The notes below the pieces were generated by a model that saw nothing but the letters and a program-made list of their open reading frames with translations, was not told the DNA's origin and ran no database searches. The translations under genes were made by a program, and so were the position numbers. Shown here piece by piece: positions 32,686 through 45,539 of a stretch of DNA of 64,000 nt. The stretch lies in assembly GCA_030248215.1 (NCBI GenBank), contig JASANG010000273.1:310001-374000 (forward strand), read 5' to 3'. Source of the stretch: Enoplolaimus lenunculus (Eukaryota). Position 1 is the first letter of the stretch. Each line of letters opens with the position of its first letter.

Positions 32686-35600
32686 CTAGCTCTGTTTTCG
32701 GTCACAATTCACAACACCATATACTGTCACCAAGGACGGGGGTTTAATTTGGCTGTCAGCCAACGGAAGATATCTTGAATTTGAACTATTAGTCGTTTGG
32801 CACGTTTCACCCGGGGTCTGTCGCATTGTAATCGTGGTTACCACTGAATCCCCAGAAATTTCTTTTCGTCTCGACTCAACGTCGGGGCTCACACGGCGTC
32901 GAAAACATGGATTCAACGGTGGGCCAGTGGTCAAGCTCGACATATTATGTGACTCTTCACCAGTTTCACCTTGATACCTGAACAAACTGATTGCACTTTC
33001 AGATGGTGTTGTCAAATTTGACGTCACTGAAGAATTACGTGAGCTATGGTCGTCTAACGTTGTACTCAACGAAACATCTTGAAGCTGAGGCCTAACCAAA
33101 CTAATCGTATTCGCGACTGTAGTTGTAGCTTCATTACACGCGGCCAATTTCCCATCAACACTTCCCGGTTTCCATGCCAGCCGCCCAAGCCCAGCTAACG
33201 CAGCAGCGGCATTCGAATCCAAACTCACCGAATTATGGCCGGTATAGCAGCAAATATTGTATCCGGTATTTCCGCCGTTATTGCTGCTGCCCCCTGTATA
33301 ATTATAGTTCCCGTGATGATCACGCGCTTTCTCAGGTCGGTCAAAATTATGGCTTCGCAACAAACTGTTGCCTTCGTCGCTAGTTACGCATTGTTTCGCT
33401 GGGGACCGGAACGGAAAGCCACCCACACCTGAACTACCATTTAAATTATCAAGGGATTTCTGCTGGATTGCGGTAGACAAACCTACGGGCTTCCGAACTA
33501 TCGGAACCGGGTCAGTCGATGCATTTTGCCATGGCTGAATCACAGAATGATGACTTTTGGCTCGTGAGGACGCCGTTAAATCTGCGGGTAAAATAGCTGG
33601 TTGGGGACAGTGACGGCGTATGGTGGCAGGATTGCCATCAGCGGTATAATGTCTAGTTGGTTGACGTCTCAGGTCATGTTGTGAACCGCCACCAGGACGG
33701 CACCGATCCATTGTGTAATGTCGTGTTCTGAACAGTAGCAGAAAAAAATCAGGCATCTGCTATACTCTAGTGCAGTAACAAAACTAAAACAACAAACGCC
33801 GCTTATGTTAATAGTTTTGTGCTTAATCTGCGTCTGAAATCCCGTTTTAAAGCACACTTTCAACCGTGTTTACAAATGATTGAAAGTGTTCTACTGCTAG
33901 TTACGCTATACTTTTTGAAATACTGACAGAATGTTGTGAACAGCGCATTTACCGATTAGCTGATGACTGTTGCCATAGCACTTGATTGTCGTTTAAATGT
34001 TCACAGCTTGTTGATCGCGCTGGTTGCCAATAGCCAGGATTCGCATACGGACGCAACGGCTTGACTGCGTCTGATTTTTGCGATAATGCTGTTAAAAGAG
34101 TTTCAAGTTCTTTTAACCTGCTGCCAAGTTAGACTCGTGCCAAAATATTTCACAAGTTACAATTTCAGTCAAATTTAAACATTTTCCAATCACAACAAAA
34201 ATATTTAATTTTTGAAAACAAAAAATTTAAAGCAATTTTATAGTGAAGACAAAAACAAAAATTCAAGAAATTGAAAAGGTACTAACTGTACTACTGCTGT
34301 CTTCGTCCGCTGCAGATAGCGGCTTACTCCGATTTCTCATAAACAAAACCGTATTTTTCAGTTAGATTCATCTGGAAACTTACTATGCACAAACTTAAAA
34401 TTTACGACTGGTAACAGGTGCGACACCTTTTATGAATACAGACACTGTATAAAAACAGGCACCGCTAATTTTTCCGGAATAAGACTTCACAAATTATTCC
34501 GGAGACAGTTCAGAGTTCTAAGTTACAGACTTTCACCTAAAAACACAGCAGTACATGTGGTTTCACGGTGTGCCTGCTGGGCCCTTCAAAAATGTCCTGT
34601 AGAGCGCTGATTTTTTAGCTGAATAAGTAGTGATGTGGTAGCCACCAGTTGATAATCAGGTTTAAAGACCGCTCTCCCGAAACGAATCCTGGGACCAAAA
34701 GTGTGGGTTACTTGCCTTGTTCGCAATAGCTTCTATCATCATCATCATGATCATCATTCCCATCTGGCGAAGTTGGTTCTCGACTCTCTCCACTATTTAG
34801 ACGACTACTTTGCTCTGAGTCTTCGTCCACTCCCGTTTTTGTATTAATTGCTGTTGTTGCAGTCTCGTTCAACAACTGTCGAATTTGTTGCTCTCGGGCG
34901 TTTTCGCGACTGCGTATCGCAGCAGCAATTTTCTCCAGCTCATCGCGCAACGCTTGTACTATTGGCAACTGCTCGGGTAGCTCCCGTTTTAACTCAGCGA
35001 CCATTTCTTCAGTACGTCTGAAAATAAGCTGAAATTTTCTCAAAACTAAAACAACTCAATCGCTGAAAGGGTTCGAATCACAATTTAGCCGAGCGCAGAT
35101 TCTCTAACAGAGTTTTTTCGTTAACTATCGGTGAAATGTGAACGAAACAATTTTGAACCTTTAAAATTTTTTCCTGCATTAAATAAAACGCATACGAACT
35201 GCGTGTGGCAGCTTTTGACCAATAAAATGATGTGGTTAATGTCGCCAACGGCATTCACATAACCTGGCAGAAAAGTTACTCAAGTTATAGTTAGCTAATG
35301 ATAGGTGCAACAGGCATTCATGAATTATTAACGAAACTACGTGTTTTGTGCTATGTTTGTATACGCAGCAGTTCAAATCGTCTAGGCTGAAGATCACAGG
35401 GTCCACAAACGAGTGAGGTACACTAAATAAGTTCGAAGACCTGAGTTACAAATTGATCATAAATGCAGCACAGAACTAAGAAAACGAGAGCAATAAATCT
35501 TTAGCTTGACTAGCATTACGGCTGAAATCACTCAGAGAAAATGTAAAACCTTAAATATTCGTACTTCTAACCAAATTATTGGTATATGTATGCTATATAT

Positions 35601-38600
35601 ACTCGACCTCACATATTAAAATGTAATTTGCTACAATAGTTTCAATAATTGACGACTTACTTAACATAACGCGGCGTTATCGACGCATTGGACGGCGCAG
35701 AAGCATCAATTCCACTAAAATAATAAAAATAAACATTTTACCATCATTCCAAAAAATTTTGCGTCACCATAAACCAAATATATATATCAGGGTGCAACCG
35801 GAATTACAATTTACCGGAACCGGAATTTGAAAATTTTACCGGAACCGGAACCGGAAAGCGAAAAATGCATTTCATCAAAAATTTCACTTTAATCTTATTT
35901 TTTGCTCTATTATTTGTGAAATAACCTTAGTTGAACATAGGTATTTATTTTATTTATTGTATTTTAGATTTTCATCATCGACTGAAGTGAAATCCACCAT
36001 CAATAGCTTATATTCGAAGTATAAGTGGCTTTCAAAAGAGATTCTTAAAAATTAGCAAAGTTAAGAAACCGGCCAAATTTAACACCGGAATTTTTAAATC
36101 CGGTAAAAATTTACCGGAGCCGGAAGGTGAAAAAATGCCGGAACCGGAATTCCGGTTGCACGCTAACATATACACATATATCTCCGTGAATTTCCAACCG
36201 GTGGTTTTGACACAGGGTGGCAACAAAAGTTCGGATTCGGTAAAAATTTGCGTTTCAGATTCGGATAAGGTTGTGAAAAGGTAGAATCCGAAAGCCGAAT
36301 CCAGCTACGTTCGGCGATGCTTTTTCATTTTAACCAATAAAGTTTGTAAGTAACTTGTCGCAGTAAGCTTATTTAAAAATTTAATTTAGTTTAAACTTGG
36401 GACCACTTTGTAACCTCTAGATCCAACTACTCAATGTGTTACATTGGTCATACTTCAACGGCAAATACCAAATCCAACATTTGTACAATTAAATTTTCGC
36501 ATTCACCTTTGTTCTAACAAAATATGTACAAAAGAAAGAACTTTTTTCACTTCTTTAGTTAACATGTCAGAAGAACGATTGCTCACAGAAAAATACCATA
36601 CTACCCAACCATACAACTCAAATACGTACAACGCACAGATGGTCTATAATGTAACTAGTCTTTCTGCTTTGTGCAAAAGTATTAGCGAATTCACAAATAT
36701 GCTTATGTAAATCTTCTTTGCATAAAACAGCCTCGTTTATATTCTAAGAAATTCTTGTAAACAAAGCAATGCTGAAAAGATGCCCAAAATACTTATATGA
36801 TGTATTCCAGGTTTATTTAGCGAACTTTTATGTTTTGTACTCGATGATCTAAAGTTGAATACCCGTCGAATCACTGCACCGATTTTGACAAGCTTTTCAT
36901 GTTTGAAAGCCTATTATCCTAAAGTGTTCGGGTGTTAAAGTTCATATAGTCTTTATAAGGTACAGGACAATTCGAATAATTGGTTTGGTTAGACCTAAGT
37001 TAAGACGATTTACAATATTTCACTAATTTTGAGGCGGCCTGGAGGCCGTCTTTATTAAAAGTAATTAATGTTTCGGGTTGTAAATTTTACCAAATTTGCA
37101 AAATGCAAAAAATGATAATTATAATTTATTTAATGAAATTTTAGGGTAAATGACAGTTGTAAAGATTTTGCTTTGAACAACACGGAAAAGAACTGAATTT
37201 TTTCGAGGGTTAGTTTATAAGTAACCCTCTAATTTTGAAAAACCTATTTTGGATCCGTTACTGTTTAAAATTTTTCTAATTATTATACACGCAGAATCAA
37301 TGATATACTGTGTACAACATACTGCATTAAGACTGTTAAAAACATTGGTATTCAAATGTTTGCATAATGATCCAATGACCGAGTGGTATAGGTGCAGGAT
37401 TACGTATCCCGAGTTTGCGGGTTAGATCTCACCAGTTTTGGTTGGATGTTAACCTTCTCTTGATTTTGTATTTCAGGCCTATACTCGAGTTCTCAAATCT
37501 TTGTAGCATCTATCACAAGTTGGTGATAGGCAGGGAGCAAACCGATACTAAAAATAACGAAAACACTGGTGACACAGTGCTTTACACATTTTGGAATACG
37601 GGTTCATTCTTAAGTTGGACTTAGATTTTAAGACTTCAAAACAGGGGCGTCCGCAGAAAATTATGTTTGGGAGTGCACCGAATATTTTGCGGCGCCCCTG
37701 CAACTGCAACTCAAGCAAACAGATCCATACTCATTTTATCAGGCAGAAACAATTTCGCAAATAGACAGATATAACAAGCGCAGTCGACTGACTAGTTTAG
37801 CATAAGTCGCAAAAATAAACGTCTTTTCATTCAGTTTGCCAATTTTGTTATCGTTGCAAAACCAGACAGAATTTACGCAAAAAGCAAAAATGTGTAATTG
37901 AACTTCTCTTCTAGGATTTATATAGTTAAATGATGGCAATTAGTCTAAACTAGCATTACGGTTGAGTCATTTAGGTACGTTCTAGTTCAACTTCAGTCTT
38001 TAATCGTGATCATAGGCTATTGTTTAATAGTTTTACGGACTGCGAAATGTCTAATTTATTGCTGCTAATGTTAACTCAATTGATTTCGGGTAATTAATAG
38101 CACTCTTTAACGAATTCGCTAGAGTATTTGCTTGCCCCTTTTGTGGGCTGCTTGTTAGAATTACAAACGATCTGAATTCAATACTAAAAGATTTTCGGCT
38201 GCCTAATATCCGAATTTAATTTTTTATAAGTCTCCAAAACAGATAAATGAATAGCTGGCTACTAACTAATTACCATAGCTTCCCTGGTTATGCCAAATGT
38301 AGGACTTTTAAATTATTTCGCTAATTTTAAGGGTACAAACGAATTTATTTCAGTGTTGTTGAAAGCAAGCAATCTGGATAAATTTCTTATAAACCTCCAA
38401 AACTAATAAATGAATAACTAGCTGCTAATTAATTAGCATAATAGCTTTAATTGGTTAAACCTAAATTAGGATTTTCACTATGGGTTTTGCAGGGTTCCAA
38501 CAAAAACTAAGTTTTACCGGAATATTATCAACCTGGATGCTTGCCTACATATTCAACATACACGTAAATAAATGTTTTTCCAGACAGCGCAACCAGCCCC

Positions 38601-41600
38601 TACCCAGGGAATTTTATGCTCTGAAAAACACATCTGTATGGTATACAGCCACACACTCGTAAACGGCACTTAAGTGACTCTTATTAGCACCCCATAATCG
38701 GCCCGGTACTAGTTTGTGTGGTATTTCACTTAAAAATACAAAAAATAAATATATATTGGCAACTTAAAAATATAACTGCGCAAGTTGTCAACTGTCAATC
38801 AAAACCACTGCAAATTTTTTTGCAATTTTTACACTCCACGTGAAAGTCAAGCGGTTGAAAAACAATTGTTGTGTATTTCAAAACAATCACGCTCATCCGT
38901 AATACATTTCACGAGTGGCAAAACGTATGTATAAGCTAAATATTGCAACAACAAAAGAAATATCTAATATATGTATACCAAAAAATGTGTCAAGGCTGTA
39001 TTTTACAGACAAAACCATTTCAATAAATTAAAAGAAATATTACCATATAAACAATTAAACAAAATAAAAACAAACGAACTTAAATACAAAGACGTAACGT
39101 CCGCAGGGGTTTACACCTTTATTTATTCAAGAATATTCTATAGTGTATATCGAAATTTACCAGAGACTCAAAAAGCGAAACCCAAACTCATGCACCTGGC
39201 TTTATGGCTTACAAAAGATCCGGTTCCGGCATTCTACACCGCCGGATATTTATTGCTGAAAAGTATAAGATAACTCTATATTATATCATTGTTTATGACC
39301 AAATTCAAAATATCGCACTATTACTTTTGTTCAAGTTGATACGAATAAGTACTTCAAGAAGCCCAGTTAATACGAATACTATGTTTAGAGACAATATAAC
39401 CCAGTGTAGCAAGTTTACAAACTGCTAGAACAAACCAAAAAATCTTTGTTACGTACGCAAATAAAAATCGACACCAGGCGCTGCCACTGTGAATATCGCG
39501 TTAATTGCAGAACATAAGAGCCATTTCAGGTATGTAAGTAAGTGCTAATGAACTTTAATTTTTGCTGAAATTATCCAGTCCTGCGCTTGTGATATACCAG
39601 GAATAATATTCTGAATAGAACACCGTTCAACGTGTAAATATTTAATTTCTACACAAAAGTTAAGATAAAAGAATAAATTTTACAACACAATCTATTCTAG
39701 TATATATCCTTACAAAAGCAATCCGTTTGTTAACTATTTAAACACTACAGAATGCTCTGCAACTGCGACATGCCACAACTTGTTGTGCAGGTGGTGCCAG
39801 CAAAATAACTTGATATTTCGTTGAGAATCCAGTATTTTCAAATAGACTCAACACAAACTAATACATTATATATTTTATTCACTTACCCAACAACAACAAA
39901 TGAATCACTGTCAAAACTTTTTGGTTCCGAAAAACTTGCGTGAGCTTCAAAAAACTAAAAATATACAGTACATATCAGCGGTGCTGTTTCGTTATTGCAC
40001 GGCCAGGCAAACACAAAAAGGTAAAATAAAGTACAATAAATATCCGTCAAGTCTGTTCCGAATGTCTCCAGCTCCAAACAAAGAATGTATGTTTTAATAA
40101 TTTATATTCTGCTAAAATTAAGAAAATCGATTTCAAACTAGAAATTATGCTCAATTTACATAACTACAATAATATTCGTCAAAGCATCTATCAATGTCAT
40201 TCTTACAGTAATCTAAACATGCAAATTCTCTAAAACGGAGTCTTTCTATCTCAAATAGATTTACGTATATACACCATATTAAGAAGTTTCATATTGAACA
40301 TTGTGTTGACAACTAGTCATACTAAATTTACACAAAACCACTGCTAATCACTTTTGCAATTTTCGGTATCAGTATTGTAAGCGGTATACTTAACACACGC
40401 GCACTTGAATAAAAATTTCTACTATCAGCCACTTCTAAAACGGCAAAAATAATTAAATTTAAACAGGAACAAAACTTAACAATTTACCCGATTTAATGAA
40501 TCCAACTTTGCCCCAATATTATCAACAAGCTGTTTTGCATCATCACATTTGTCAATTGTTTCACTGCAGATAGTTACATTTTCAGCGGTGTCTTGGTCAA
40601 GAATTGCTGCTCGATGAATACTTTGAATTGCTGGTATCAGATCTTGGCGCAGCGAGTCAAACAGTGTTTTTGATTGTTGAAGTGGACGCATTGCGTCCTG
40701 CAGAATTTTCAATGACAGTTTTCGGTATTCCTGTTGAAAAAACATCGTATATATAAACAAAAGGATTTCGAATAAAGATACCCATTTAAGCAGCTATCCT
40801 CGTATACTGTATAACAGTTCCTCATGACATTTTTAGTACAGTCTGTGCATGATCTAACACACCCAGCGACCTTCACAAAAGAAATTTCCTGTTGTCGCCC
40901 CCGTATTTCAATGCGTACCTCATATTCCTTAATCGGTTCGTGACTTCGATGTTGTTTGACAATACAAGTCGAGCAAATTAATTGCGAACACGGGCCACAA
41001 TACCACAAGCTCTGAATCGATGTACCCAGCGCACGCCAGTAGCACCCGTCCGTGTCACATGCGACATCATCGAGATCCGTTCCTGGACCGAGTGCGGAGA
41101 TTAAATCACGCAACGCAAGATTTGTCGGCAATGACGAGCCAACTTCAACAACAAAGCCTCGCCGACATAACGGACATTTCAAAGAACATCCGTTCCAAAT
41201 TTTTGAGACACACGCGACGCACACTGAGTGACCACATTTGAGAAATTTCGGTTCCTAAAAAATTGAAATGTAGAAACATTATTTGTCAGGTTTATGCTGA
41301 TGACGTTGGAATACTTTGCACAGGTTAGCAACCTAATACAGTTGCTAAACGAGCAAATGAGTCGTTAAAAATAGTAAATAAGTGATGTCGACAGAATGGT
41401 TTGAAAATTCAACCTTCAAAGAGCAACATTGTGTTTTTAACACGAGAAGTATACAGCCTGTTTTGCCACCTATTAAAATAGATGGAGTAGCTTTAGCATT
41501 ATCAGGATCCGTAAAATATTTAGCCGTCACTTTACACAAAAACCTGCGGTGGAATATACACACTGAAGCTGCATGCAAGTCAGCGATAAATAGTTTGATT

Positions 41601-44592
41601 CAATGCAACAAAATTGTTAGGAAGAGTTGGGGCAGTCGAGCGTCAACAGTTCTTTGGTTGTACGAAGTTGTGATACTCCCAAAGCTGTTGTATGGTTGTT
41701 TAGTTTGGTGGCATAACATGTCATTTGAGGTCAATCAGAAAGCTCTGACTAAAATTCAAAGACTTGCATTATTGTATGCATCAGGAGCTTTGAGATCAAC
41801 AGGTCAAATGTCATTAGAAATTATGTTTAATGTTTTACCTATAGATTTAGCAGTCTTTAAAGATGCTGCCGGGTGGTACACAAGACTTCATTCTTGCAAA
41901 TCTTGGAAAAATCACATCATAGGTAATGGAACAATTTCTAGCACTGTTCTAAAGAGAATTCCCTTTGCAAACGTACCAACTGATTTGGACGTTAGAGAAT
42001 ATATAAACACAAGTCCTTGGACGGTACTAATTAATGGAGAGAATCATCCTGTAGCTGATATAGAATGTTTTACTGATGGGTCAACAATAGAGAGCATTGT
42101 TAACGCAAATGGAGGCACCGGGTGCGGTGTTTTCATTGACAATGTAATCAGTTTATCTTTCTCTTTGGGACAATTTTCGTCAGTTTATCAAGCAGAAATT
42201 TTGGCTATTGATGAGGTTGTCTTAAAACTAATTAAGCGAGGCGTTAGACAGAAAATAATTGTCACTAGATCTGACAGTCAAGCTATCCTCAAGGTACTTG
42301 ATAGGAATTGGAGTAATTCCAAAATAACTAAGAGCTGCTCAAAGCACCTACAAGATCTCTCAATTACAAATAAAATGTTTTAACATGGATCAAAGGTCAT
42401 TCGGCCAATTATGGAAATGATATGGCTGATACATTGGCTAAAGCTGGAGCTCAAAGAAGGTTTATCGGACCAGAACCTGTCATAGGTGTACCACAAAGAC
42501 AGAGCAATAATATGATCCAGAATTGATGCATTTCACACACTAACCAGAGATGGCTAGACCTAAATACTTGTCGAAATACAAAGATATTCTTTAGTAAACT
42601 GGAACGAAAACATACTAGCTTCATTGTGCGACTTAATACGAATAGAGTTAGATTACTAACACAAATAGTTACAGGACATTGTCAGCTAAATAACCATATG
42701 TATAAAATCGGACTCTCAAACTGGAATATTTGTGATTGCTGTGGAATGAAGGAAGAATCTGTAGAGCACTTCTTAATGAGATGTTCGGTCTATAGCGAGG
42801 TCACGTATAGGGTCTACAGATCATATAGTCTAAATAAAATTGATAATAATATAAAGAAACTGAATATGTTTATAACACAGTCAGTAAGATTCTAACTTAG
42901 ACCATAACTTAGTTCCACTTGTTTTCAGAGACTGTGTAACGGACCAACTGTGTCTAAACACCTTGAGGTCTCTATCAATGGATATCTATCTATCTAAATG
43001 TCAGATTCCAGATCGAATACTGAAAACTAAAATTTTGCGCTTGATTAGACAATAATGTGTCTAAGTTTTCGTTCGCTCCGCTAGCGATATTTCCTTAAAG
43101 TTGTGCTCACGTGGCGGACGATTCGGCTGTTTTCAATAGCCCAGCCAGTTAAAATTCAAGGGACCTAAAAGAGAACTCGAACGTTTGTTTTTGAACTAAT
43201 TCTGGGAATACTACAAAAAAGTTTTCATTTGCCATTGCCAAAGGGCTCGATGTTTGATTTGGCAGAAATCACTTTTACACATACGTATTTTTAATCACTA
43301 CGATTGGTTCAATTTATTTAATTTCGTGTGATTTAGATTTCTGCTTTTTATAGTATTAACAAGTACATATAATATTGATTTAGGGTGTCAGTTGGGAATT
43401 CTTAAAAACGTGGCATGAACAAATTGGCAATCATTTTTGGCTCTGTAAACCTAAACAACAATTAATTATTGATATGTTAACTTATCAAAAACAATTAATA
43501 GATAAATGATGCGGAATTTTTATACAACGTATTACAAATAGGCCTAAAATTAAAATGTGGAAATTCCGATTCCGATTGATTGTGCAATCGGAATCGGAAT
43601 CAGAACCGTTTTGAACGCGAATTCTAATCTGAATAGAAATTCCGATTGCACTTGTGATTTATATATTAAAATTTTGTATTTGACGTTGAAACTATTGACT
43701 GCTTATTGCATGGTAATGAAAACATCTGAAAACAAGAGTTATATGCTGCAACGAAGTGGAACAAACAATATGAATTGGCTAAATCAAGCTATTTATTCTA
43801 CTTGACAGAGTGAAAAGTTGATTATGCTCTGCTCGTTTCAAAGCCATGTATCACAACTTCGATTAAGTTCTGTCCCGATGTAATGCGGATCGGTCCGATT
43901 TAGTTACACGGCAGCATGAATGTTTATTGACCCCACCCAATACCAGATATATACTCCAAGTTATAATAGCACAATTACGACAGTAAAATAAGTGTCATAA
44001 CTGTTGTAGCCTGATACGAATTTCCTTGTGAAACCGTGCCTAAATTCTGGTTTAATCCAGCCACTGGCTCACCATATACCATTATTTTCCAAAGTCCCAG
44101 GAAAGCCGTATAATTATACCCCCGATAGAATTACACCAAACCTAACCCCATTAGAATTGCACCAAGATTTTATGAAAAGCCGTGCAATCCTAACCCCGTT
44201 AGAATTATACCAAATTCTGTCAAACTAACCCCGTTAGAATGGCTTACTTCGGTTAAAGAATAGAGACACTAACCCCGTTAAAATCACTATACTTTTCTCC
44301 AATCTCCTAATTTTTCAAGTTACGCCAGCTATTAAATGTGGCCGGCTCCAGTATAGCAACAGTATGCCACCCAGCGCAATGCGCAACCAATAAACATCAA
44401 CAATACTTAGATGTCCTTCAGATTCCAGCCTCCGTGCACTCTTTTAACGCATTTTCAAAATTTGGTATTAAACTACAATGCTACATATCATGAAACACTT
44501 AATCAACAATGCCGTTACACTGAATTTTGCCTTACTTGAAAAACTTCGCGACAAACAGGACAACAAACTGAATCTTCAATTCGGCTCGGCAT
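32686..44592 (-). CDS. TRIM-like RING-HC / B-box / coiled-coil protein with long disordered C-terminus (putative E3 ubiquitin ligase)
   Basis: Phase-consistent exons: 44592-44536 (MPSRIEDSVCCPVCREVFQ), 41254-40919 (EPKFLKCGHSVCVAC..CPLC; B-box YCGPCSQLICSTCIVKQHRSH), 40730-40488, 39954-39887, 35714-35661, 35017-34712 (coiled coil), 34117-33953, 33727 to about 32686. The 3' end is uncertain. Confidence 0.75.
35788..36165. mobile_element. hAT-like MITE (intact copy)
   Basis: TIR CAGGGTGCAACCGGAATT / AATTCCGGTTGCACGCTA; imperfect 8-bp TSD ATATATAT / ACATATAC; fragments of the family near 10240-10320, 13415-13590 and 26570. Confidence 0.75.
36811..38510 (+). mobile_element. Degenerate, interrupted relative of the HINE-like element at 1360
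   Basis: CCGATTTTGACAAGCTTTTCATGTTTGAAAGCC at 36879 matches 1494-1528; 38225-38480 matches the central repeat unit (AAACCTCCAAAAC..ATAAATGAATA). Confidence 0.45.
37369..37440 (+). pseudogene. tRNA-like sequence (tRNA-derived SINE head or pseudo-tRNA)
   Basis: A-box-like TGACCGAGTGGT, anticodon-arm-like GGA-TTACGTA-TCC and degenerate B-box GGTTAGATC; no good acceptor stem. Confidence 0.3.
40919..41254 (-). CDS. Exon 2 of TRIM-like gene: RING C-terminal part and B-box
   Basis: ttttAG acceptor and GAG|GTACGC donor; CGH-x-C-x2-C...CPLC, LPTNLALRDL linker, B-box Cys/His pattern. Confidence 0.85.
41284..42996 (+). mobile_element. 5'-truncated copy of the same RT-RNase H non-LTR family, antisense within TRIM intron 1
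   Basis: Starts at the YADDV motif; VKYLAVTL; RNase H FTDGS, VYQAEILAI, SDSQA, WIKGHS, GNDMAD; TGHCQL..CDCC..HFLMRC; 3' UTR similar to 16780-16837; (TATC)n tail; possible TGTCAG TSD (41284-41289 and 42999-43004); contains stops and frameshifts. Confidence 0.9.
44115..44285. repeat. Short degenerate minisatellite (CTAACCCCGTTAGAAT core)
   Basis: Core recurs near 44141, 44190, 44225 and 44269. Confidence 0.55.
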
Positions 44593-45539
44593 TACATATA
44601 TGGTTCCAATATAAATTTCAATTGTCACAACCTTCCATGTGTTGGCACCAAATTTCCAGTTTGAAGCTCATACAAGTGTTGTAAATACAAGTTCCTAAAT
44701 TATCGTTACCCAGCCTTGAAGATCTACATCCAACGAGAATTAACTACCATTTCACTCATGAATAAGTGTTAACTCAATGACCTACCTGTGACTCAAAATA
44801 TAATAGGTCGACTTTATAAGCATTGTTTGTGTGCCACCATGCCTTACGTTATATTTCAACGCTTACACTTAGAACTGTGGTACTAATATACACAGTCATG
44901 TTCTACGTTTCGGATACTTTTTCTTTAAAATGTATTTTTGATGCACTAGCTAAGTATTATCTGTTAACCTGCAGTTTAACCAAAATGATATATCTCATTC
45001 ATACTAGGCCCGTGGTCTTACCATAATTCACACGTCTGAACTTGCATGGTAACACACACATGTGAACTAGCTATAATGTTTAATAAATTATGTGCAGCTG
45101 CAAGTTTTTCGAACTGGATTTTGGACAAAACTTGCAAGTGCAAGTTGCATCTGCAAGTTCTCGCAGCGAAAAATTTGCACGCGTGAAAACGGCTTTAAGT
45201 GCACATAGCCCTTATATCCTATGAGTGCTAGATTTTTAAACTGCCGAACTCCTGCAGTTACAAACGGATATTGAAGTATAAAAAATTCTAAGATGTGTTA
45301 TATGTCTGCCAACACAATTGAGGCATGCAAATTTCACGTGGCTTTCTGAAATCGATTTTTTTTTAATTTGGGATGAATTTTGTATTTTGCATTAATTCAT
45401 CACGAACTGTTGCAGCATGTCTGTAATAAAAAATGGCCAGATAGATACGTCATGGGGGCTTAACTCGTTTTCCCTTCTGATAAAAATCGGTGTCCGTTTC
45501 CATGTAGAAATAACGAATTTCTGTTATTTTTATAAAATA

